This document shows, in pieces, positions 38,345 to 51,100 of a DNA stretch of 64,000 nucleotides. Position numbers and translations under genes: made by a program. Origin of the DNA: Eledone cirrhosa (taxonomy: Eukaryota); contig OZ024743.1 in the NCBI GenBank assembly GCA_964016885.1, forward strand, positions 75,330,001 through 75,394,000, in the 5' to 3' direction. Each line of letters starts with the position of its first letter. The first letter of the stretch is position 1. The notes under the pieces are model-generated. The model made no database searches. It had not been told where the DNA came from and saw only the letters and a list, made by a program, of their open reading frames with translations.

Positions 38345-39103
38345 TTAGTAAATATCAGGAGTAATTTTAAAATAGACTTTAAGTCCTGAATTTCTTTTGT
38401 TCTTTAGAAGTAGTGTATGGATTTGTTCTGGCATACCTCCTGCTATGAAACCATTACTGTCTATGTTAATTCCCATTTCAATATTATTAGTGAAACATAT
38501 GTGTTTTAAGTTAGCAGCATCACAGATTTTTCGTAACAGTTTAAACATATCAGTCTCACAAATTACTGTTGAACACAAATTAAGGTATTCCAGTTTTTCC
38601 ATTTGAGAAACCATATTACCAAGACCTTCCATGTGATGACTTGAAAGCTTAGAATTTTGTACTTCAAAATGCTTCAAGTTTTTACGAGCTGCTCGTAAAA
38701 ATTCTAATACGGGATGTAATTTGTCACTTAAGTTGTTTTCACTCAAGTCTAAATGAATTAGACCTGTGGTGTGAATACATTTTGACAAATAATTCAAATC
38801 TCCAGTAGATAAACCACAACCAGAAATACAGAGAGATTCAAGAGGCTGCGATATTCTAGAAAGTAGTAAATTAAGATTGCCTTTTATCAAGTTGTTGCTC
38901 ATATTCAGTTCTTTTAAGCAACTGAGCTCTTCAAATAGTTCTCCTAGAATCTCTATACCAAAGTTGAAATCATTATGTAGGCGCATGTTGTTGCAGGATA
39001 AATCAAGATGGGTCAACCTGGTCATTATCCGAAGGCAGGGTGACAAAGTTACAATTCCACGCACCATCAAATGGTTGTACCTCAGAGTGATTTCACGAAT
39101 GTA
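38345..39103 (-). CDS. LRRC14: LRRC14-like terminal exon (LRR region)
   Basis: ttttacag acceptor; within ORF 38345..39184. Confidence 0.9.
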   Translation of the reverse strand, partial: YIREITLRYNHLMVRGIVTLSPCLRIMTRLTHLDLSCNNMRLHNDFNFGIEILGELFEELSCLKELNMSNNLIKGNLNLLLSRISQPLESLCISGCGLSTGDLNYLSKCIHTTGLIHLDLSENNLSDKLHPVLEFLRAARKNLKHFEVQNSKLSSHHMEGLGNMVSQMEKLEYLNLCSTVICETDMFKLLRKICDAANLKHICFTNNIEMGINIDSNGFIAGGMPEQIHTLLLKNKRNSGLKVYFKITPDIY

Positions 39104-42100
39104 CTGTAAAATAAAATTGATAAAATTCAATAGAATATCAATGGCAATATCAATCATCATCGTTAATGGTTCATATAAAATCAAATTCTACATAAAATAT
39201 CTATTTCAGTCAAGTCATTGAAATTAATCAATCAATAGGAAGATAATAATTCTTTCTACTTTTGGCACAAGGTCAGCAATTACTCAGTGCATTACTGGTA
39301 CTTTATTTTATCGACCCCGTAAGGATGAAAGGCAAAGTTAACCTTGGCAGGATTTAAACTCAGAATGGCAAGGGCCGTAACTCTATGCGTCAAAGCATGG
39401 TGTCCGACCCTCTACCGATACTGCCAACCCACTGCCCCAATAGGAAGATAATAATTGTTTCTACTTTTGGCACAAACCCAGCAATTATTCCAGTGTATTA
39501 CTGGTACTGGAAGCTAATAATATATGTCAACAAGGCAGTAAATTGGCAGAGTCATTAGAACATCAGAATACTTTGTGGTATTAGTTTCGACTCTCTACTC
39601 TCTGAGTTCAAATCCTGCTGAAGTCAACTTTGCCTTTCATCCTTTCGAGGTCAATAAAAGAGTACCAGTCAAGTACTGGAGTCAATTCTTCCTCTATATC
39701 TCTTTTTTACTTTCATTCTCTCACTCTCTCCATCATTTTAAACCATGTCTCTCTTAGTCTTCCCTATCCTTTACTTCCTTCCACATTCATTTCTATCACT
39801 CTTCTCACCTCTTCAAAGAGAGCATCTAAGCAATGGAAATGAAAGGAATGTGTTATTTCTTCATTCTAGATTGTATATAAATCTATCTGAAAAACATCAC
39901 ATTGAGGTAGAGGTAAAAAACAGTGAAAAGTTTAGAAAATAACTTTTAAAAGAAAAGATGTCACATCCAAGGTAAAACGTTTTCTCTATTATCCAAGACT
40001 TTTGATTTCTGATGATGAGATTTTATCTCAAAAGTTAAAGTCATATTTGAATAAAAAAACAGGTAAAACAGACAAGCTTTGTTGCCTTCTTTTATCTTAA
40101 ATCATACCCATTGTCATAGCCGTAGAATTAAATACCTTCTTATTTTAAAATAAAAATTAAATTACCTCACTGCCACTCAGTTCTCTCAGCAAACGTTTGA
40201 TTACAATATATGGCATTGATCGAATGTCTAGTCTGTTGATTTGTATTTTTAAACGACAATTCATGCATTTTGCCAAAGCTTCTCCCAGCCTTTTGAAAGT
40301 ATCTGCCCTGGTTAGGACAGCATTTAACCGTATTGCGACTGAAAAATAAAGTATTAGAAAATGTAGCTATACATTCTTAAAATGTAGCTTCATTGGCTGA
40401 TTTCAAACAAATATATTCCAACTCTGTTACAATATTAGTTATAAAAAAGAATTGTTACTGTAGTATGACTAGTTGTGATCTAGTATTGGTTATAAACAAC
40501 TAATGAATGCAGGGACAGATTTATTAGCATAGAAATCAGGTTTTTATGAACATCTCTAGTAGTTCTTTTAATGGCGGTGCCCTAGCATGGCCTCAGCTGG
40601 AACACATAATAGAGTAATAAGAAAAATGTAGAATATAAGAAGGCAATCATAGATATGTTGGAAAAGAGATGAGTTGGTACAATTTATACTGGATTTAAAG
40701 AAACATCCCCAAACCAGAGTATTTGGGTAGAGAGAATAACTTGATGGCTGGCAGTGGCATCACTAGTGATGGACAGGTACACTGGTTCTCACCTGACTCT
40801 AGGACATTTTTTAGTCACATCCCAATAACTGCTTCTGTTGGCAGACTAAACTAAGTGAGGGACTGGATCCATGGAAAGGAGCTGGCTATAGCCTGCTATT
40901 TCTAAAGGCCACTGAAATGCCATACTAAACTAAGTGACGGACTGGATCCATGGAAGGGAGCTGGCCATAGCCTAGTATTTCTAAAGGCCACTAAAATACC
41001 AGACTAAACTAAGTGAGGGACTGGATCCTTGGAAAGAGGCTGGCCATAACCTAGTATTTCTAAAGGCCACTGAAATGCCATGATGGATACACAGTGAAAT
41101 GTCCAAAGTGACACACCAATAACAGGCTGAACCAGATACAAGGACCTGATTATCATCAGAATAGATGAATTAGACAATACCAGGTGGAGTATTAAAGTTA
41201 CAAAGTATGTTACATTAAATATTAAGACAGCTACTTTGGTTTACTTGATCCATACACAAAAGTAATCAAAACTATTGTGTACAGTGCTCAGGTGCACTAC
41301 AACTCATCAAAGGTGCATGTATGGTATTTAGAATAATTGTTTCTACTTTTGGCACAAGGCCAGCAATTATCCCAGTGTATTACTGGTACTTTATTTTATT
41401 GACCCCGTAAGGATGAAAGGCAAAGTTAACCTCGGCGGGATTTGAACTCAGTCCGTAAAGGGACATAACTCTGTGCTGCAAAGTATAGCGTCTGACCCTC
41501 TACCGATACTGCTAATCCACCAGAATAATGTACAAATGTCAGGAAAGTGAACTGTGTATGAGTCATGATAGACACAGACACACATGCATGTGTATGTATG
41601 GAGGGGGAATATCAAGTGTAGTGTTGGCAAATTTCGGGAAGGATGGAAGTTTTGAAGGATGCAGTGTCTCAGCAGCTAACAACTGATGCAGGTAGTTTGT
41701 TCCATGCTTCAGCAACTCTGAGCATGAAAATATGTTTCTGAAAGTCATGGGAGCTGTGCTGTTTTCTGATTTTGTAAGTATGTAAACAGGTGTTAGATAT
41801 ATGAAATTCAAAAAGGTGCTCAGGGTTGTTGTTGCCAAGATCGTTAAGAACTTTGTGGGTGTTTACCAAGTAAGTTGCCAGACATCGGAACTTTAATGTA
41901 TCCATGCCCAAGGAAGCAAGGCGTTCAGAGTATGGAAGATGCCTGATGGAGGGTATTTGCTTGATTGCATGTCTCTGAACAGTTTTCAGCAGGTCAATAT
42001 TCTGAGCAAGATAGGGGCTCCAGACTGGTTATGCAAAACATGTCTGTTCCATATTTACTGAACACATAAAGTAATCATTAGAAATTGAAACGCCATACTT

Positions 42101-45100
42101 GTTCACCAATTTCCTGCTGATTGAAACAATTCTTCAGATACTAACTTTGTTACACCTTTTTGATCCATTATCTTAAATCTCTTGTATTTTTATTAATCTA
42201 GACAAAATTAAATTTTATTAATATTTTTAAAAAAACGGAAAAGGAAGGGAAATGCAAGGGTTCTGGGGTCACAGAAGCATTCATTTGGATCAACACCTGT
42301 TACTTGTTTTAGTCATTCTTGAAGAATAAAAGACACAAATTCGTTACTATGGCATTTGAATGTAGAAATGAAAGATATAAAATTAAATACTGCTAAAAAC
42401 TAAACCATAGACAGAGAAATGGCAGAGTCGTTAGAACGTCAGATAGAATACCTTGTGGTATTCATTTCGGCTCTCTGCTCTCTGAGTTCAAATCCCGCCA
42501 AGGTCAACTTTGCCTTTCATCCTTTCGAGGTCAATAAAAAAAGTACCAGTTTAGTACTGGAGTTGATTCTTCCTTTGCATCTCTTCCTCACTTCCTCTCT
42601 CACTTTCTATATCCTTCTCTGGAAGAAATCTTCTTTATTCAGACCTAGTGAGGAGATGGACTCTGCCAGGCTTAAAATACCCTAGAAATGCTACCATGGT
42701 GCTCCTACTCCATCAGGAGTTACAAATAACTAAATCACTCCTGGATGCTATAAATTAGTCATTACAAAAAGAGAGTATTATTTAACAAAAAGATATGAAC
42801 TTTTGTGCAGTATTGTAAGATGTGGCTTCTTTTGACTGGGAATACTGAATCCATGCAAGAGTTTACAAAATCAAAAAAAAAACTAGAAAAATGTACTATA
42901 ATGAAACCTGTTTACATAAGTCTTAACATCCTGTACCACATGAAATTGTAATGTGATTTCATGTGGTACAGGATACTAAGAGACATTCAAAACATTCTTG
43001 AAAAGTACAAAACATCATTATGACTGCATCACATTAAAAATTAAGGCAAATGTTCACAACAATCTGTCTATAAGTAAAGAGACTATAAACATTGGAATTA
43101 ACAAACTTGCTTTTAAATATAAAATCGTTACAAGATATTAAGAATACATGCATAGACTGGAGAGAAATGAAGCAACCATGATTCATTGGATGTGTAATGT
43201 AAGTGTGAGAGAAGTTGAGGGAGAAGCTGGGTTTAAGAGGAATCTGAGGTGGTGTGCAGGGGAGAAAACTGTGTTGGTATGGACATGTGATGCACATGGA
43301 CAATGACCAATGGATGAAGAAATGCCAGGAAATCCCAGTTGAAGGAAGACACGGGAGAGGACAACCAAGAAAGACCTGGGCAGAGGTTGTGAGAGCAGAC
43401 CTCAAATCATTAAGTCTGGCAGAAGAGATGATGAAGAAACGTGACAAGTGGAGAGATGCCTTGCTAAGAAGGACCTGTCCAACCCATGCAAGCATGGAAA
43501 AACAAACATAAAATCAATGATAACGACTACAAATTTTCACAATCTGTCCACTCGTAAAGATACTATAAACATTTGGAGAAAAATCTGCTTTTAATTATTT
43601 TCTACTAAATCATTACAGGATGTTAAGAGTTAATGTCAAATTGAAAAGTCAATAAGAAAACACTTCAATTGATTGAATATTGATCTTACCAGATTGAATA
43701 TTGTTTCTTGGGGTAAAGCTCTGATTTCCAATCACATATTCACACAGTTTCAGTAGCTTGGGGTCATCTGAAATAAATATCCATAAAAATTGAAATGTAG
43801 TTGTCCCAACACAAATGGCTCTTCCAACGTGTCTCCCTCACCATCCTCTGGGGAAATACCTTCTCTATTCTGTCTGCCGGGGCCACAGGGTAGCCAGTGC
43901 ATGGTCCCCATTTTCTTATGATAGTGAGAGATGGGGAGAGTGGGAGAGACGGAGGCAGTGACAATGGGAATTTGATTCCATTATGTTCAGACCTAAGATA
44001 TATATATATATTTACCACAGTACACAGACATACAGTCATAAAAACCATTGTATATATCAATTGAAAAGATTGGGTCAAATACCCCTGGAGACACTTATCT
44101 TAGTCAACCAATAAAAATTGATTTCTTCATGAATAGAAATAAATGAAAATCATTCATTCTTTCTTTCAGCTTGATTAGTTAATGGTAGGAAGGATCTGCT
44201 ATTTTAGTGACACTGGAAGGATGAAAGTTCACATCAGCAGCTTGTCTGGGGAAGGAGCCCTGCAAGGTGAGATGGATGTTGCAGCGACTGTCACTGGCCA
44301 TTGTCTGCAGAAATACCTTTGCAGTTTTGTCAACAGGACGTAACCCAAACACGACCCCGCCCTAGGGCCAGAGTCCATCACCCTCTCCCCTTCTCCCTCT
44401 CTTTCATCTGTGGCTCAAGAGTCCTTGCTTTTTCCCTCCCTTTCCTCTCATTATGATATTTATAATCCTTTCCCCATACAGCCAGATCTGCTCTTCTTTA
44501 CCCCTTCCCCCTTTTCTCATTACTTAATTTTGTTTTTATCTCTTTTTCACATTAATGTAATTATCAATGGTTTTTATCTCTTTTTCACATTAATGTAATT
44601 ATCAATGGTTTTTATCTCTTTTTCACAATGTAATTATCAATGGTTTTTAAGCCAACTTTATGAGTGAAACACAAGATTTGTAATGTTATTTTAACAACTG
44701 GGAATAAAGTCATTGACTTTTAGTAGTGTTTGTACTCAGAACATAAAGGGAAATAACTACTCTCGGATCTCGAATAATCGCCCCTCCACCCCCACCCCCA
44801 TATAAATAAATAGCATATAAATAAATTTACAGTAGAATAACAGCAAATATGTTTTAAATATATACATATATAACATTACAAATGCTTAGATAACATTATA
44901 AATTGCTCGCGATTATAATAATAAAATTATTGTGTAAAGTGCTCAGGTGCACTACAACTCGTCAAAGGTGTATGTACAGTACATAGAATAATACACAAAT
45001 AGTGTATGAGTCATGGTATACATGTGTGTATGTGTATGGAAGGGAAACATTAGCTGTAGTGTTGGCAGATCTCGGGAAGCATGGAGGCCTTAAAGGATGC

Positions 45101-48100
45101 AGTGTCTCGACAGCTAACAACTGATGCAGGTAGTTTGTTCCATGCTTCAGCAACTCTGAGCGTGAAAAAATGTTTCCGAAAGTCATGGGAACTGTGCTGT
45201 TTTCTGACTTTGTGGGCATGTCCACGTGTGTTAGACACATGGAAATCAAAAAGGTACTCAGGGTTGTTGTTGGCAAGATGGTTAACAATTTTGTGGGTGT
45301 TTACCAAGTCAGTTGCCAGGCGTCGGAGCTTCAATGTAACCATGCCCAGGGAAGCAAGGCGCTCAGAGTATGGTAGATGCCTGATGGAGGGTATTCGCTT
45401 GGTTGCACGTCTCTGAACAGTCTCCAGGCGGTCAATGTTCTGAGCAAGATAGGGGTTCCAGACTGGTGATGCAAATTCTAAGTGTGGCTGCACCATAGCC
45501 ATGTACAGCCTTAAATAGATATCTGGAGAGCGGCTGACAAAGGTCTTGCTGAGTGATGCTAAGACACCCTCGGCCCTCTTGACAATTTTAGAGACGTGCT
45601 TCGTCCAACGCAAATCGCTGCTGACCGTAATGCCCAGGTCACGTTCACAAGAAGACTTCTTGATATTAGTGCTGTGGAGGGAGTATGTGGACGCTGGGTT
45701 TTTACTCCCAAAATGCATGGTGGTGCACTTGTCCACAGCTAGCTTGAGTTGCCAGTCTGAGATCCATTGTTGCATTGTGTCCAGGTCAGACTGCAAGCAA
45801 GATCTATAGTGTTCAGGATCTGTCCTTTTTATCTCAAGGTACAGCTTGATGTCATCTGCGTACTTTAGTATCGTGGCATTCTTTAAGTTGGCATCTATGT
45901 CATTAATATATGCCACAAACAAAAGGGGGCCAAGAACAGATCCCTGTGGTACACCAGATGACATCTCATGGTGAGGAATGCTGTCCCAGAACCGTGACTA
46001 CCTCTCTTCGACTGAGAATGAAGGACTTCAACCAGTTAAAAAGATCACCCTTCACACCCATTGCAGAGAGTTTTGACATAAGCCTTTTGTGTGGCACAGA
46101 ATTGAAGGCTTTTGCAAAGTCAAGGTAAACAACATCCACCCATGAGCCGCCATCAGTGATCCGGGTGATGTCCTCAAGAAACTCTATAAGTTGATCACAG
46201 CAGCTTCTTTCAGAAAGATATATTCTTTTAATGTTACAATATTAAAGAAAATGTAAAGGAAGGGGTGAACAACGGAGCCAACACCAGAGCAAAATACAGC
46301 AGCGAGGGGTACTGGGCAACCTCTCTAATGATTTTTTTAGGCAAGCCAGCACACTCGCAGTGTTGCCTCTGGTGATGGCGAGGCTAATGCGCTGGAACAA
46401 CCAAGCGCCCTCGCGAGATTCGCCAGTTACTTCTATTAGGCGAGCCGCCAGTGAAGAGAGGAACCTCACAGTCAGCGGCCCGACACCCCTAAACGTCTCG
46501 AAAGCCACAGGCTGAAAAATGTAGCTGGCTGACAGATCAGAGTATCTACGGGTCTTACTCCGCTCGACTGCGGAAGCTGTGCTCTCGTCCTAACCGCAGC
46601 ATCCAGGATGTGGGAAAGAGCAAAAGAGTCACTAACAGTGACGTCCCAGACAAGGCACCTGCCTCTCGACCAGTGACACAGGTTAAGGCCGTCACTTCTG
46701 GACAACCCAGATGGTTCTAAGATTGAGGGGATGTTCGCCCGATCCAAAGCTCTCTTGAGAATGAGGTTTAGCTCTGTGTGACGCGTGAAGCGGCCGGCAT
46801 TCAGGCGGCAAGAATAAATGTTATATTAAGAGATTATAATCGATCTTTACATTGTTAATTTTCTTCTGTTCACTTTAAGTAATTTTAATTTATTTTACAT
46901 TCCGTCTTTAACACTTTTCACTTCCAGTCCATAACAACGTAATTGTTTGTTTTTAATCAGTTTATTAAATTTATTGAACAAAAATTATACAATGATAAAA
47001 AATATTTTTAAAAAGACAAAAAGAAAATTAAGAAATGAAAAAAAGGAGAAAGATGTAAAGAAGGGCAGATCTGGCTGTATGGGAAAGTAAAGGACTGAAT
47101 GCCATAAATGAGAGGAAAAGCAAGGACTGTTAGGCCACGGAAGAAAGGGAAGAGGATGACAGACTCTACACCTAGGTCGGGTCGTGTTTCGGCTGCGCCT
47201 CGTGGACAATGGTCAGTGACACCCGCTGCAACAGCCACCCCACCTCGCGAGGCACCGTCCTCAGGTGGGCTGCTGTCGTTCCGATTTTACGGGGAGCTTG
47301 GCTATACGGAGTCCGAGGAAGACTGAAGACTCGACGGCCGCCGCTACAAAGAGGAAACAGCCGGGCAACCCCGTTATTAGCTTGCCTTCCTGTCCTCTGT
47401 GGGTCACAGTACTACGGCCGCAAAACTCATTTCATTCTTTGTGTAATAATAATAGTAGTAGTAGTGATTTCAATTTCAACTTACATGTATAAGTTACCTT
47501 AAATAAGATCTAGTAATAATTCATAATTGTTTCTACTTTAGGCACAAGGCCAGCAAATTACTGGTACTTTATTTTATCGACCCCGTAAGGATGAAAGGCA
47601 AAGTCAACCTCGGCGGGATTTGAACTCAGATCGTAAAGGGACGTAACTATACTGGAAAGCATGGCGTCCGACCCTCTACTGATACTGCCAATCCACCGCC
47701 CTGATATTCTGTGTTTTAAAGATTTATGTGGTAGAGTGTAAGAAATACATTAAAAAATATTTCTCCATAGTTTATATTGTATAAATAGCAACGAAAGAAG
47801 ACGAAACGAAATACTGAGAAACAATGACTAGCTGACGAAGGCGGGGATTGAGACAACGTATGAGTTATCCCCCATGGTCTCGCCGTTAGGTGGCAGTAGT
47901 AGCGACTCATATAAATTCAATTTGCAGCCTCGCTTCGGTCTTTCTTAACCAAAATGGCGAAGCAGAAGATTGAGAGGAAGAAGTCTTCTATGAATGATGT
48001 TATTACTAAGGAGTGTACCATTCATCTGCACAAGAAAGTTTATGGCGTAAAGCTGAAGAAAAAAGCCCCAAAGGCCATTAAAAAGATAAAGTTGTTCGCT

Positions 48101-51100
48101 GAAAAGATGATGCGAACGAAAGACGTTCGTATTGATACTAAGCTGAACAAACACATTTGGTCTAAAGGCATCCGACATGTACCTTTCCGCGTCCGTGTTA
48201 AGCTTTCTCGCCGACGAAATGAAGATGAAGATTCTCCACACAAACTCTACACACTTGTCTCTCATGTTCCATGTGCCACTTTCAAAGGTCTCCAGACCCT
48301 TAATGTAGAGAATGAATGAAGAACTTTTTTTCCTCGCACCTCCCTATTTCCCAACACGTGGCTTTCTTACTCCAGCCTAATTAATTATTTTGGCATCGTT
48401 CAACACCATCCAGGGGTTAAGAAAGCATTTGAGAAATGACTCTGAACTTTTCATTTTTTTTTTTCATTTTATTATTCTAATCAGAAATTGTTAATTCTCA
48501 CATAATGCGTGTCAAGAATAAAGGAGTGATTTGAAGGTATATTTTTTATATTTGTCCTTAATTTAATGTATTCGCTTTTCATGAAAATATTTTTTATTTT
48601 TTCCAGTTATCGTTTACATCTATTGATTATTTTCATTATGTCTGATTTATTATAAGGTTTAAAGAAATACGTTTGATATTATTTCTGCTTTTATAAACTC
48701 TAAATTAACGATATTTTCTTTACAATATGGATGCCATTTTGAAATGAGGTTCACATGGCGAGTCTCAAAAGATTGTAAAGAATCTGTAGTCCTTTATATC
48801 ATAACACTAATTAACATATTGCTGTAATAAGGGGTTTCGGTATGGTTACTGGTCAAAGTTAACTGGAAACAGTCTGAAAATAATTGATTGCTAGAATCTG
48901 AGATTAGATTGGTTGATAGCACACGAGGAAAAACATTTAATTCCCACTGATATCGAGTGGACTGTTCTATATATAATACTGAATCAATTTATTAAATTAA
49001 GAAACATTTATTGCTGATAACTATAAATGCCTTGTATATATAAATCCACGTTTCTCTTAAATAAGAAACAACGTTTGGAATATAAAATGTTGAGTGTAAC
49101 ACCAATGTATATATTAATCTATTTTAGAGTATGATTTATTCTTAAGTAATTATTAGTTTCGCTGATTCAATAAGTCGAGTTAGATTTTTTTCCGTTTCCA
49201 TTATTGTAAATCTTTAAAACACTGAATCTCGTGTGATATATAATATTTATACAGGATGTCTTTTCAATATCGGTATGTTGAAATAGAAAGTGAATACATT
49301 ACTCTATATTTGTTTCTACGTTTGGCACAAGGCCAGCAAATACCCAGTGCATTACTGGTACTTTATTTTATCGACCCCGTAAGGATGAAAGGCAAAGTTA
49401 ACCTCGACGGGATTTGAACTCAGATCGTAAATTACTCTATATTTAATATTGTATTTTCATGGTAAACACTTTCTCACATAATGTCGAATCTACGAGATTT
49501 TGATATTTATTTATTTTCAGTTCGAGCGGTCGGTTAATGGTTAACAGATTTAATAATTTCACTGAACTGCCCCACTGACGTTTGGTGAACATGTTTCACG
49601 TTATCAATGAATCCTAACATTTGTCGTGAGGTACGGTTAACTAAAAAAAAAAAAAACATTGCCTTGCAATATACGTGTACGGCAAAGCATAAGTGAGGAA
49701 TAAGGGATCAGATGTGACCTCGTTGGTATGGTCACGTGATGCGCATGAAAGACGACAGCTGTATAAAAAAGTGCAGGGCGATCAAAATAGACGGTAGCCA
49801 CGGAGTAGGCAGACCCAGAAAAACCTGGGACGACTTGAAAAATTCCGACCTCACACACACCTCTCCAAGACAATGTCACTGGACCGAGATCTTGGCGCTT
49901 ACGCAGTAATACGGAAGACTCGCCCTGCCTAAGTACAAAGCGAAACCAGTCAGTATTGACCTTTTAACCAAAATACACCCCCGTCCCACTACCCTCACCC
50001 GTTTCGATGTAAAGTTATGTTGGTACCACAACATCCAGTCCTAAATAAATGAGGTCGTAGGTGTCACGACAAAAACACGCTGTAATGTGGCCGTGTAGGT
50101 AACACGGTAAAAACCTCCCAGTCCACACTGTAAACGTGGTTGGTGTTAGGAAGGGCATCCACCCGCCAGACAGTCCTATACGAGCAAGACAACCAATCTT
50201 GCCTCAAGTGGGACAATTCCCGTCCAAACCCATGCTAGCGTGAAAGATGGACGTTAAACGATGATATATATATAACACGAAACAAAAAATGGTAAAGAAA
50301 CTTCCGAAGTCTTTTGGGTCATGTTCCGATATCAGATTAGTTGATAGCACAAAAAAAAACCTGAAGAAAAGTAATTATTTCCCGCTATATTTAAGAAGGG
50401 TTTGTATAATACCAAAAACGAAACCTGTGAATGTGGCGAGATATTTTATAATTTCGAGATTTCTGGTACTTGGGTTCTAAGAGAAATCTGTCAGATCAGT
50501 TACATTTAAAGGGAACCGAACAGTTTCACCATATAGGTTAACAGTTGTGACTTGTATGAATTATTTTGTAATACTCATGACCCGCAAATAAACGAGTATA
50601 GTCACCTGGACATTGACAAAAACCCTAATGCAATCATTTTATCTTGAACAACCACTACAAAATACACCATATAAACCAGTTGCTCACAGCACAGCGTGAC
50701 GAAGCTTACCAAAAGACTTCATATGGACGACTCCTCAGCTGCAAACCCCTGACAGGCCGAGGCACCACTGGATACATTTTATTGTGACATCAGCACTAGG
50801 GAGGTTATGTCAAGTCCTCTCGACCCGTTAACAGGTGGACACACTTCCTATCACCAACATTAAGGTTATATTAAGTCTTTGACACAGCTGAAGAGTCCTG
50901 ATCCTTTGTTTGTTAGGTTTTAAAACAAAACTAATAGATGGCAGAAACTACTGAAAACTAGGTGACAGGTAATAAATTAAAAATGCCACATATAATATGA
51001 TAGTAGCGGTGTTGGATTATGATCATAACGGTATGGTTTTGATTCCTCGACTGGGTTATGTTCTTGAGCAAAACATTTCACGTTGCTCCAGTATACTCTG

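Noticed and set aside
39104-39184. N-terminal extension of ORF 38345..39184 as a stand-alone 279-aa gene
   Set aside because: The extension is intron sequence upstream of the ttttacag acceptor; upstream exons join in phase at 39103.
45050-45964. Functional reverse transcriptase gene
   Set aside because: 5'-truncated CR1 copy with a frameshift just upstream and no endonuclease or ORF1.
47954-48319. Dead processed pseudogene of RPL31
   Set aside because: There are no disablements, poly(A) tract or TSD, and core promoter elements are correctly spaced. It is not fully excluded without expression data.
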